Of a DNA stretch of 64,000 nt, positions 38,270-49,860 are shown one piece after another; position 1 is the stretch's first letter; every line of letters begins with the position of its first letter. Source of the stretch: Callorhinchus milii (taxonomy: Eukaryota); NCBI RefSeq assembly GCF_018977255.1, contig NW_024704746.1, positions 20,522,001 to 20,586,000 on the forward strand, read 5' to 3'. The translations under genes and the position numbers were made by a program. The notes beneath the pieces were generated by a model that searched no databases, had not been told where the DNA came from, and was given only the letters and a program-made list of their open reading frames with translations.

Positions 38270-38700
38270 AGATTAGAAGAGAACTTTGTAAAAGAAGACT
38301 CTCTGATCCATTTGATCTCATCTTCAATCCACCAGTTAAAACATCATATTGTTTCTTAAATGAGCCCCATGGCCTGGCCTTGAGCACTGTTTTTGGTATT
38401 CCCTTCCAACTGTTGATTCCCTCTAGGCAGAGAAATGCTTTCTTACAACCCTGACTATTTTGAAGGATATCCATCTATCTTTGGAAAATGTATCAGTAGA
38501 TCTTCCCTTCTTGTTCTCACCCCCCCACCCCCCGCCCCCCCCACACACACACTTCTGTTATTACAATTGACCCTCCTACCCCTGACATTTGCCTATCCAA
38601 AGTTACATACTGGAGTTTAGATGAGCTGTTTTCCATATTGATACAAATGTTATCATGCTATAGTCTTTTTAACTCCTCCCGGTTCAGTTAATTCTCTTCT
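38270..38700 (-). mobile_element. Degraded CR1 3' fragment
   Basis: ttccaactgttgattccctctaggcagagaaatgctttc (AFLCLEGINSW, a degenerate FF..RV.N.WN). Confidence 0.5.
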
Positions 38701-40396
38701 CAGTAGTGTCTAGATCCGTGTAGGTTCCCTGAATTAGGATGCAGTCATGCACTACATTGGGAAGCTGCATCTTTCCCATTGTAAATATAGAGACTAACCT
38801 AGTAAAACACAGGCTGAAGTATAATTCATTTACCTAAAGTGGATTACCGTTATGGAATAGGACCTATAATTTGCCTAAGAGCATTAGATACGACAAGATC
38901 CAGCTGTTGTTTTTGAAAGCATGGATTTGATGGGCAGCTGTTATTTACTCAAATGGATCAACTTTTCAGCTGTTGAGGCGCTTGTCTTTTGTTATGCTAA
39001 TCTGTACCACTGACACTATCACTGCTGTTTTATTTCTCCAAATTTCTCTTGAGACTGATTACTTGGGTCTCCAGCTATAATCTCTTTCAGTGTTGGGACA
39101 TGGCCTTTGGCCCATTTATAACATCTTCTGCAGAAATGTTATAATGTGCACAAGAGGAGCCACCTGCCACCATACTTTGCCATAGGATTGTGGTGTGTGC
39201 CACTCTGGTAATGATCTTATGTATGCTCCCCACATACACTGTTGTGCCCATAGAACCTGGCCCTGTCAGATGTCTTAATCCACTTTTTTTCTATTTGTAC
39301 CATCTATCATTGGCTTCATACAATTCTCTATAAACATTAACATGATGGTTTGGATCTTGCTGTGTTGGAGACTACATTTCTTATTTCAAAACCTAGTGTG
39401 ATTACACTCCCATGTACCCTCTTGGTCTCTGACACTTGAACTGGATGTTACATGGGAAAGGCATCCAATTCAGTAGAAATTTCTGCTGTTCAGACTGTCC
39501 TTTGAGCTGAGCGGGCTTTGTTCCATCTAGACCAATGAGGCCCATACATATGTGCGGATCCACGTATACCCTCCAATATATTGGATCATTATATTACATC
39601 AGTGATTAAATTACACTCACATTTCCATCTTGTTTGTAAATTATGCATTTTATGTAGAGTAAAAAGCCCCCCCCCCCCCCACTCATCCATTTGTAGCGAA
39701 CGAAAGGGGTTATGACTCAAAACGAAGCATAGTGTAATTCTGAAATGTTTATTGATATTCCCTTTCATCTCTGATGTTTCATTTCAAGCTCATCTGAAAG
39801 TTGGTGTCAAAGCCTAGACACAAGGTCTGGTGGTTGTTAGTGACATCAAGGTGAGTCTGTCAGAGATTTCCCTTGTGTGCATTCATCTCTGCAGCTGTCA
39901 GGGTGTGTGACATGCACAGTTCTTTCCTGTCAAAGGCTTGTGATCATGGTCTTTTTATCCCACAATGGCATAACCCATACAGGCGTATTACACTTCCAGT
40001 GGTTTGAGCTGGGAACGTCTCTGACAACAGTGATCAATTTTTGAAAAGATTCTTTGAGCGACCAGAAATAGCTTTGCTGCACAAATTGGATTTTCCTACT
40101 TAATTTTATCCTCCAATCGTACATTGTAGCATATCTAACACATGCAATAATTGTTTGGGTTTTTCTAAATTGTTTGTTTTACTTAATCTTCCCCATTTCA
40201 TGAGGATAATCGTGTCTTTCCAGCGCCCTGCCTTATGTAACAAGAGGATCTTTTGAATAGTGACTATAATATGACTGAATTCTGTATCAGGGTTGGGGTG
40301 TGAGGAAAGAGAAGCTAATTTTGAAGGGTGAGGAATGAACTGATGGTTGGTAAACCAATGGATTAACCGAGTACTTAATGCATTATAGAATTTATT

Positions 40397-40470
40397 TATA
40401 TATATATAATATACACACACATATATATATACTACAAAGGAATAAATATATATATATCTATATACACACT
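40397..40470. repeat. Imperfect (TA)n/(CA)n microsatellite
   Basis: tatatatatataatatacacacacatatatatat...tatatatatatctatatacacac. Confidence 0.8.
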
Positions 40471-40514
40471 AGATGGTGGTAGATCTGAGATAAAGCAACC
40501 TTATAATGGTATGA

Positions 40515-40785
40515 GGAATGTACTGGCTGAGGTGGACTAGAGAGAAAAATTTAGCAGGAACAATTTCACCCAGGCGGTAGTGACAATGTAGAACTCCCTG
40601 TCCGAAACAATGATTAAATCAGATAGTATAGATGCATTCAAGGGGAACCTAGACTTTCACATTGGAGAGAGGGGAATAGAAGGTTATGGGAGCGAGTAAG
40701 AAATGGATGAAGGTTCCTGTGGAGTAGAAACAACAGCATGGACTGGTTGGCTGAGTGGATGGTTTTCGTGCTGTACATTCTTTGT
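40515..40785 (+). mobile_element. CR1 3' end fragment
   Basis: tttcacccaggcggtagtg...gaactccctg...gcattcaaggggaacctaga...agcatggactggttggctgagtgg. Confidence 0.7.
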
Positions 40786-40959
40786 AAGCATGGTAGGTTG
40801 TTAAGGCCATTATTAAAGAAAAGAAAAATTATTGTATAAAGATTAGGGTAGGGGGCAAGATTGGAGATGGTGAGGATTATAGAGAGCCCCAAAAAAAGAG
40901 CAAAGAGGGAGTATGCATTCATTGTTTTCTAAAGTTCTCTATATATTTTCTCTACGGAA

Positions 40960-41315
40960 TAGTAACAAAGGAAGAAAACAACATGTCATTATTCAAGAAG
41001 GGTGTAAGGGACAAATTAGGTAATTGTAGGCCAGTAAGATTAACATCAGTAGTGGAAAAATTGCTAGAATCCATCATCAGGACAAAGTAAGTGATCAATT
41101 GGATGAATTTAAACTGATTAGCAAGACTGTCTTGGTTTTGTGATAGATAGGTTAGATCTAATTAACCTAATGGAGTTATTTGACAAAAAAGAGGGGGTAA
41201 ATAGGAGAGGGATCAGTGGGTGCCATCCACGTTTTTCCCCAGAGGAGAATTAATAAGGTTCTGCACCAGAGATTACTAACTAAAATTAAGACACATTGGA
41301 TGAGAGGAACCTAGT
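40960..41315 (+). mobile_element. CR1 RT N-terminal fragment
   Basis: LFKKGVRDKLGNCRPVRLTSVVEKLLESII, a degenerate form of the GNYRPVSLTS motif. Confidence 0.75.
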
Positions 41316-43539
41316 CCATGCATAGGACATTGTTGAGAGGTTATCAAGAAATAACCTCAGGTAAAACTTCCAAAGACAAGACAATTGTGAAAATACTGAA
41401 AGCAGTGGAGCAAAACCAAAATTCAGTCCATGGTGTGAGTCTAATGCCCCATTTATATGGGACAGATCTGATTACCTGCATTTTCACCAATCATCTTGAG
41501 TGTTAACTGACACTTACTTGGTCACCATTCATTGGTTCAAAGACTACTTATTATGCTCAAGAATGTGAGCATGAATTCATGAAACTTGACCTTACAGGTA
41601 TGTGAGCAAATGCACCCTTTTGGCTTCAGCAAAATTGTGTAGCATTGTTGATGATTTGGGCCCCACTTTTTGGATGGAGATAGATTATCGGTTTGAATTT
41701 TAAAATAGCATAGGACAGTAGAAAGGGAATTGAAATTGTCTGCTTTTATGTTATATACTTAATTTAGGCACTATTGCTGTGAATTCAGCAGGTGAATGCT
41801 GAAATCATTGCAATACAGTTTTTGATGCAGACATTTATTTCATTCAAGGCTGTTGCTGACAATAGCCTGAAAGCCTGGAGACGTATAACTAATTAGATGT
41901 GTTTAAGTGGAGATAAAGTAGTTGTACCTTTGTTTTATGGTAATAATAAAACATATCTACTGTCTGTTGTTAGTTTGATGCAAGTATGACAAATAGTAAA
42001 CATTACATGATAGAAATGTTGATAATTGAAATGCATTTATTCATGTATTTATTCAGTGTGATAAAACGGTATAAAGATATTTGACTTTTTGGGTAGAAAT
42101 TCCATCTAGACGTAGATTTATTCTATTAATGAAATATTTTCAGAGTGTGTAGAATGTGGCACATTGAACTTCAGTTTTAATTCTCTAGCCCATTTTCTGT
42201 CAGTTCCTAAAATAACTTACAGAAAACAGGCTTCAGAATTAAAGACAGTCTTTGACAATTTGTCAAATTCGGGATTCTCTGAAATAAATCAAGTTCCAGA
42301 TGGCATTTGAATTACTGAATACCGTGAGTTCAGATATTATTACCTAGCAATGGTACACAATATCATATCAGAACAATATATACTTCTGATGTAATTTTGT
42401 ATGTTACTGAGGGCAAGAGTTGCAATCCAAAGTATTTGCTTCAGAGATATACTGTAAGTTCATAGCCAATTTGAAGATTTTGATCGGATGCACAGTGTTT
42501 GGTGCGCCAATCCTCATTGACAAAACATAAGTTCATTCATGTGGAAGAGTACTTGATTTCAGCACCCTATCTATCTGACAGTTATTTTGTTATTATGGGT
42601 TTTGAGTACCTCATCACTGCACATTTATTGGATATGTTGGCTCCTATTAAATGGAGTATGTAGCTACATAAGTTATGCGAACTGCCACTGTATTTTGCCC
42701 TGTCTTTATGCAAACTGAAATAAAGCAGAAAATGCGCAGTACGTCAAATAGTATCTGAAAGAATAAGTTTAATATTTTGGATATGACTCGTAATCTGAAC
42801 TGGAATGGTTGAGCTGGAAAAAACTACTTTTTTTTTATATAGGGCATGTAGTGTCAAAACAAGAAAACCTGCTCCCATGGCCATATCTATCAAGTGGGAT
42901 ATTGTGCACAAGTTAGTGTCACGCAAAAAGTCACTATTAGAGTCACAATAGTATCACTAAACTTGATGGTAAATCCTGTGAAGTGCTTTGGCACATCTGC
43001 CTGACCTGAAAGGTGCTGTATCAAATGCAAGGATTATTATATGGTGAAAGTTGTTATCAGATTCTTCCTGGAGGAAGAACTGAAAGGAATGTTTTAAAAG
43101 ATGTACCACTATCTCTCTCTATTTAGACAGCGCTATTGCTATTGAATATGAATTCCTACAAGTGCATCTTGTTGAGTTTTTGCAGACTTGTTTGGAATTG
43201 AAGAGATTCTGCAAATCCTCAAAATATAATTACTGGTAAATTAACAAAGATCAACGATTAAACTTGGGACCTTCCTAGTCCGTAAGATTCAGTACTCCAT
43301 TATTTACTGTGCCATTTGAAGAGGTTACAGATTTTCTGTCTTTTGCTACAGTAGAAATTCTGTTATCTAAATCTATAAATATTTTATTACCTCAGTATTT
43401 GTTGTGTCCAATTCCATTTCATTTAGATATGTTGGATTAATGGTAGGAACTACTTATATAGAAATTCCCAAACGTTTTGAGGTACATGCGCACAAAATCA
43501 AGGCTGTTAACTCATCTACAACAACTCTATCTTTTCTAG

Positions 43540-43685
43540 CCGTGCCAAGTTTTATCCGAATCCCTGTGGATCAGATTGGAATTTCTGGAGGAGTGGCCTC
43601 ATTTGTGTGCCAGTCATTTGCAGAACCTAAACCTAGCATCACCTGGATGAAAAAAGGCAAGAAAGTCAGTTCTCAGCGATTTGAG
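43540..43685 (+). CDS. PTPRF: PTPRF Ig-like domain 1, N-terminal exon: (T)[48 protein letters not shown]
   Basis: Acceptor cttttctAG (43538-43539) and donor GAG|GTAAGA; 146 nt. [10 protein letters not shown]...[14 protein letters not shown] matches PTPRF; PTPRD has WNKKGKKVSNQRFE and PTPRS has WNKKGKKVNSQRFE. Includes the KKGKK glycosaminoglycan-binding loop. Confidence 0.95.
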
Positions 43686-43711
43686 GTAAGATGGTCTGTC
43701 TTTTCTAAACT

Positions 43712-44107
43712 TTGATTCAGAAGGTTTTGGATTTAAATTCCACATTGGGACTTGAACTCACATAAGTCTATGGTGACACTCCAATGGAGTGCTTGGGTTG
43801 TGTTGCAGTGCTGTCTTTCAGATGGGACATTAAACCAAGGTCCCATCTGCCTTTTCAGGTGGATGTCAAAGGACATTAAAGATCCAAGGAGAAGGGAGTT
43901 TTCCCGGTTTCCTGGCCAACAATCCCCCAAATGAAATTGCTCATTCGTTTCATGGCTGTTTGTGGAACATTGCTGTGTGCAATTGTGCTGCCGTGTTTGC
44001 CTACAAATGCAGTCACTCCATTTCACAGAAAATTTTGTGAAGCGCCTTGAGACGTTCTTCTGATGTGTTAAGACGCAATACCAAATGCAAGAGTTATTTA
44101 TTATTAT
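43712..44107 (+). mobile_element. Older DeuSINE (SacSINE1/AmnSINE1-like Deu domain) filling most of the 574-bp intron inside Ig1
   Basis: tgctgtctttcagatgggacattaaaccaaggtcccatctgcc...aggtggatgt..aaagatcc...cctggccaac...gctgtttgtggaacattgctgtgtgcaatt is the Deu-domain pattern, followed by an L2-like tail. Confidence 0.75.
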
Positions 44108-44259
44108 TTGAGGCGACGATCCTTGAATGCTACCTAAGGTGATAATTTACAACTATTGTAGTCAAATTAGTGTTAAAAGTCTGCAATACAGAAGTCAGTC
44201 CTGTCATCTCCTCAAATCGTTTTCTTCATGCAATTAGATGCTTCTTACTTCATTTACAG

Positions 44260-44401
44260 GTGATAGCATTTGATGATGGCACTGGGTCAGTGCTTCGAAT
44301 TCAGCCACTAAGAGCGCCTCGAGATGAAGCAATTTATGAATGCACAGCGACAAATAGTGTTGAGAGGATCACAACAAGTGCCAAATTAACAGTTCTAGCA
44401 G
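44260..44401 (+). CDS. PTPRF: PTPRF Ig-like domain 1, C-terminal exon: [47 protein letters not shown] + 1 nt
   Basis: Acceptor catttacAG (44258-44259) and donor G|GTAAGC; 142 nt, phase 0 in and phase 1 out. [23 protein letters not shown]...TSAKL matches LAR. Confidence 0.95.
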
Positions 44402-45090
44402 GTAAGCACTTTTTGTATTTTGGTGCAGCTTTAGTGGGTTTAATTAACCTGTTCATCCAAACCCTTATTATGGAAGCAACTATATATTTTGTGAGTTGAT
44501 TCAACTACCATTAAATTTCATTTCCTAAAATTGGGGACTTCCTAATTTTTTCCTTTCGTTTATCTTCCCTCCCAAATTCACTGGTGTGAACCTTTTGCTT
44601 CTTGTACCAATCGTCTCTGTGAAAAAATGTCAGCTTTGGGACCACATTGTGCTGTGGGATTGTTGCTAAATAGGAAAGTTTGAGATTAGTGTAACTAGTT
44701 ACACATAGCCTGACACCTGGCTGAGTTGAATGATAAAAAAATATTTTCCATGTATGGACTGCCCTCTTCAAGTCACAAAACCCATTGTCAAGTTAGCTAT
44801 TTCTCTTTCGAGATGACTTTGTTTATAATGACCTTGCAACTTGTCTGTTCTGTTGCCATTGATCACCATTAATGGCCTGCAGTCAATAAAGTACTGATTG
44901 CTGTCGCAAAAGCAAGATTACAAGAGATGTTTGAGCTGATAAACCATACAAATTTAGAATGTGGATTCAAATAGATGCTAAAGTAAAGTCAATGGTTCTT
45001 GTAAAAAAGGGACGTGCCAAAATTTAGCTCTAGAATGAACAATATGCAACAGAGCAGGTACAGAAAATTGTTTAATTGGAGTGGCTAATA

Positions 45091-45102
45091 CCAGCAGATG
45101 GC
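45091..45102 (+). promoter_or_regulatory. Candidate CTCF core motif
   Basis: CCAGCAGATGGC fits CCASYAGRKGGC exactly. It also contains the E-box CAGATG. Confidence 0.3.
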
Positions 45103-45289
45103 TGAAGCAGCGAAGGCGTTAACTAGAGGATAGAGATTGCAAAATGAGGTATTTAACAACCTGAGTGAGTTTCTATGAAACCTTAAAATCAAGCTGTAGA
45201 TGAGCTCAAGTATTGTATAGTCAATAGCATTGCTTCAATGTGAAAATTGGCTTTAAACTCTGAAATCGGATCGGAAATAACTGAGTTCT

Positions 45290-46021
45290 TGTATTGTGGG
45301 TGATTGTAAAAAAAAACTGTGAAAGGTTCTTTAGCATTTTGTTTAAAAAATGTGGATCAGCTGTTTAAACACTAACCAACATTCTTTCCCGATTTGTTTT
45401 TCATTTGTGCTTTATGATTTCCTTTGAATCATCCTGACTAATTGCCTTTTAACACGCTCCTGAATTAGTGTTGATGTATAAGCCTTAGACGCAGTGCAAA
45501 TGATAGCAATGTGTCTGATCTCCACTGTTAGACCTTTGAGGAATGCCTGGATAACCAAGAAAGTAGAAAGTGTTTACAGAGAGTAATAAATGACTGGTAT
45601 AAATTGGTATTCTGAATGATGAGATCAAATGGGCCAAAGGGCCTATCATCCACACCTCTTTTGTGATGTGTGCAAATAAATGTATATACAAATTTATTGG
45701 ATTTTTTACTTCAAGTGATTGTGGATATTTTACGTGCAAAATAATTAAAAAGATAATATCTGGAGTGGGTTAATTAAGGTTCATTAATTCAATAAATATC
45801 AGCACAGTCTTATTTCTTACATGCATTTTTTTGGGTAATAGTTCTTCCTTGTATACGCAGATTGTTGCTTTTGCTGACATTCAATTTGTATCATCTAATC
45901 TTCAAAGGAAAATTTGTTGTTGAGGTTAATTGGAAACTGTTAAAAGTTCTTCAGGTTCTGTTAAAAATGGTGGATCAACTGTTTAAACTCTACCCACCAT
46001 TCTTTCCTAATTAGTTTTTTT
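45290..46021 (+). repeat. Dispersed direct repeat, about 110 bp x2 (45290-45401 and 45915-46021)
   Basis: Both copies read aaactgt.aaa.gttctt.ag...tgtt.aaaaa..gtggatca.ctgtttaaac.cta.cca.cattctttcc..att.gttttt. Confidence 0.85.
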
Positions 46022-46290
46022 CTAGAAAGAATGTGTTTTAACCAGATATTTCCCAGTCAGTGCTCATTAATATACAAACATAGATTTTTTTTTTAAAATG
46101 GCCAAACCTACTAACTTATAACTTGCTAGTTATTTCTGACCTTGCTACCAGAACAAATATGAATCCTGTTCAGCAAGAATAAAATTGTGGCTCATGTTTT
46201 GTAGAATGCATTTTTTTTGTTTACTTAACAAACTATATAAATTAAAAGCAGAAATATTTAATATTATGCAGAGACTCGTCATTATGGTGA

Positions 46291-46392
46291 TGACGTCAAT
46301 GTACCCATCAGTCAAACCTGATCTGCTCCAGTTTGCACCGTGTCCAATTGGCTGATCAGCTTTTGCAATGAGATGCTAGTTGCCCTGACAAC
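46291..46392. promoter_or_regulatory. Candidate enhancer: full CRE, CCAATTGG and RFX X-box
   Basis: TGACGTCA at 46291-46298, CCAATTGG at 46344-46351 and GTTGCCCTGACAAC at 46379-46392. Motif match only. Confidence 0.4.
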
Positions 46393-47334
46393 AGCATATT
46401 ATCTGTTAATAATACATCACAAAAGTTGTAATTAGGAAATTGTGTCCATATCCTTCAAGAAATTACACTGATAAAATATTTCCATACGGGTTAAAAATAA
46501 TACTTGAGTTCATAAAATTCAAATCTGTACAATGTTTCCAGAAAGCACATTGGGGTGGGAGGAGGTGGTGGAGGAGAGAGAATCCTTAACCTTGACTGTT
46601 GAAACATTAGTTCATCGAATTAGTCAGGTTCAACAAATCTAATGTTCCTTCCTTTAGGACATGCATCTGTTTGAAATTCTGTTGTTCTACAGGTTATCTG
46701 ACAGCATTTTTAACAAAAGGCAATGGAAGACTAAATCCATTGATACAGCAAGAACTTTTTAAAATATAAAGCATTGAGATGTGTTGGACAGTAAAGCTTT
46801 TGATCCATTTTCTGCTATTGAAGTTGGCATTGGAAGAATCAGAGTTCAGGAAATTATGCTTGTCAACATTGTGTTTTGCAGTTCTGTGCATTTACTGATT
46901 GAAAGACATCTTTGATTTAAACTTATCACCTTGAAGATAACAACATGTTTGAACGGGAATGTGTGTAGAATGTAGTGCTTCATGAACTTCCCTTCCTAAT
47001 GTTAGCGCACACATACACTTTGTGCCCATTTCACTGAACTAATGACCAACTGGAATCTGTTAGGGAGCCTTGATGCTGATGATTATTTTCAAAATTAGAT
47101 TAGGTTTTAAAGAAAGTCTTGTTGGACGTGTACTTTCCTCTACAAAGAAGTTCTCCTTGAGCCCTTTTTTATCATTAGAATTTATGTTGTGTTGAATCAC
47201 ACACAATTGGGAACATCAGGCAGTGGAAGTTACTGAAAAAAGATCATAAAATTCCTTCAATCTATTGGCACTGAACAGCACATATGTCTGTTACGTGCTA
47301 GTAGATTGAAAATATGGGTTTCAGTCTACTAGTA

Positions 47335-48498
47335 GATAAAAAAGACAGTGGATGAAGGTAGTGCAGTTGATGTAGTTTATAGGGATTTTCAAAAGACGCT
47401 TGATAAAGCGACACATAAGAGACTTGTAAACAAAACAGAAGCCCACAGTATTAAAGGGACAGTGGCAGCATGGATACAGAACTGGCTGGGAGACAGAAAC
47501 TAGAGAGTGAGTGATGGTGGACAGTTGTTTTCCTGACTGGAGGCAAGTGTGCTGTGGTGTCTCGCAGGGATCACTGCTCTTTTTGATCCATATAAATGAC
47601 CTATATTTGGGTATAGGGAGTACAATTTTGAAGTCTACAGATGATATTAAGCTAGGAAAAGTAGAAAATGGATAGTAGCAGACAGCAAGGTGACATAGAC
47701 AGACTGATAAAATGGGCAGACAAATGGCAGATGAAGTTTAATGTGGAGAAATGCAAAGTGGTGCATTTTGTGAGGAACGAGGAGAGCAATATAAGCTAGA
47801 TGATGGAATATTAAAGGGGGTGAAGGAACAGAGAGATCTGGGGGTTCATAAAAGGAAATCTTTGAAGGTGGCAAGGCTGGTAGATAAAGCTGTTTTTTTT
47901 AAAAAAAGCATACGGGATACGGAATACAAAAATCAGGAAGTTATGATGAACTTTTATAAAACATTGGTTAGGCCTCAGCTAGAGTACTGTGTTCAGTTCT
48001 GGGTACCACACTTTAGGAAGAATGTCAAAGCATTAGAGGGGGTGCAAAGAAGATTTACAAGGATGGTACCAAGAATGAGGGACTTCAGTTATGAGGAGAG
48101 GCTAGAGAAGCTAGGATTATTCTCCTTGGAGCAGAAAAGACTAAGAGGAGACTTTGTGAGGGGATTCGATAGGGTGAACAAGGAGAAACTATTTTGACTG
48201 GCAGGTGGGTCAGTAACTTGAGGACACCAATTTAAAATAGTTGCTAAAAGAAACAGAGGTGAGGAGAGTTTTTTTCACATAGCAAGTTGCTCAGATCTGG
48301 AATGCATTGCCTGAAAGGGTGGTGGAAGCAATTCGGTAACAACAAAGAGAGAAGTAGATAATTATTTGGGGAAGACAAGTTTGCAGAGCTACGGGGAGAG
48401 ATCAGGGGAATGGGATTGATTTGGATAGCTCTTTTCAAAGAGCTGGCACAAACGCAAAGGGCCAAATGGTCTCCTTCTGTGCTGTATGATTCTATGAT
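47335..48498 (+). mobile_element. CR1 LINE 3' about 1.15 kb (degenerate RT and 3'UTR)
   Basis: VDVVY.DFQK..DK..H.RL, YKTLVRPQLEYCVQFWVPHFRKNVKALEGVQRRFTRMVP...YEERLEKLGLFSLEQKRLRGD; ends gggccaaatggtctccttctgtgctgtatgattctatgat. Confidence 0.92.
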
Positions 48499-49459
48499 GT
48501 CAAACAATAATTTTAGAGACACAGTCATCAACTGCATGCCTCCCCCTGCCCCCCACCCCACCACACACACACACACACAATCACTTGTAATGGATCAAGT
48601 GTCTTGTTTTGAAAAGTGAAAATGATTAGCAGAAATTACCATTAAGTACATTTGTTCCAGTGGCACTGAAACTGAAGAGGATGTTTTTTCGAGGTGTACC
48701 ATCTGTGAATAGAAATGGTATTCCCTGCTTAAAAGTTGCTTGTAGGTAACTTAAGTTTTACTGGAAAAAACTTGGTTCATGATGATTGTTGTCTTTGATC
48801 TTTACCTCAAAGGCAATCTTTAGGCGTGGATGACAAATTACCCAACAATATCATTATGTTGTTGTGTAAACATTATACAATCATGGCAAAGTTTAATCTG
48901 TGGTCCTTCTTGTCATTAGGGCAAATGGTGCATGATACTGCAGCTTGATGGGTAGGATTAAATAGGCTTCTATTTGAATTTGCTAACTTAATGCCTAATT
49001 AATGTCATTACCCTCTGATGTTTGCATACCGTTATGTCTATTCCAATGCAGTTAAGTCTTGAAAAAACCCTCTAACAGGGTGAAATCAAAAGAGGAATCT
49101 TAAATCAAATAATGATTTTGCTATTTTTAATGAAAACAAAAAGATGTTGTAACCTCTTTAGTCAGCTGTCACTGATAATCACCACAAGCCATAAAGCCGT
49201 TTACATGAGGTAACCTGACACTCAAATGGCAGACTTAATATTTTCTGTTGTGTTTGATGGTATTTGGCTAATGGCCATTATTGGATTAAAGTTGTAGTTT
49301 AAATGCTGGAAGGTAAGATTAATTATAGTCAGAAATATCTTTTAAGGAGGTGGAAGAATTGTCGGTTTGAAACCTATTGTTTTTTAGGTAATCGGCACTG
49401 TTGATGGCTATGAAGAGTTTCATGGCTGAGTCCTGATTCAACTGTAGACGATCAGAGTA

Positions 49460-49860
49460 ACACAACAACTTACATTTATATTGGGCTCTTCACATAGGGT
49501 AATGTCTCTGAGTTCTCAACAGGTGGTGTAACTTTATATTTAGCCGGGAAGGAAGGGGGGATGACTATAGGTACAGTTGAAGAGGAAAGCCTTGAGGCAG
49601 GGAGTTCCAGTCTTGGGAGTAGTGGCTGAAAGCAAGGCCACTGATGATAGGGTGGAGAGGATGTGGGATATGCAGGAGGCTGGAGCCAGCTGAGCAAAGA
49701 GGGCAGATAAAGGAGCGGGTGTAAGCAGGTCAGAAAGGTAGGAAGGTGCTAGGTCATGAAATGGATTTGTGTGCAAGTGTGAGGATCTTGAAATTGATCT
49801 GTTCTGCATTAGGAAGCCAGTGCAACCTGGCAAGGACTAGGGTGATTGGGAGTGCAGAGT
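49460..49860 (-). mobile_element. Degraded L2 3' fragment
   Basis: caacaacttacatttatat tail; gggagttccag...gtgaggatcttgaaattgatctg...ggaagccagtgca (LHWLP..QINFKIL on the minus strand). Confidence 0.75.

Noticed and set aside
39695-39790. Second Penelope/hammerhead-like remnant (acgaaaggggttatgactcaaaacg)
   Set aside because: Too degenerate; it lacks CTGANGA and GAAAC.
43404-43715. 103-aa ORF as a stand-alone gene (likewise 44170-44499)
   Set aside because: Only the internal AG..GT-bounded parts match PTPRF; the flanks are intron read-through.
43540-44401. Assignment to PTPRD or PTPRS
   Set aside because: Some residues (PVDQ, DQIG, PRDE, LTVL) resemble those paralogues and are probably ancestral, but [23 protein letters not shown] and TSAKL point to PTPRF.
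47751-48197. 148-aa RT-related ORF as a domesticated gene
   Set aside because: Part of a 5'-truncated CR1 with stops and frameshifts on both sides.
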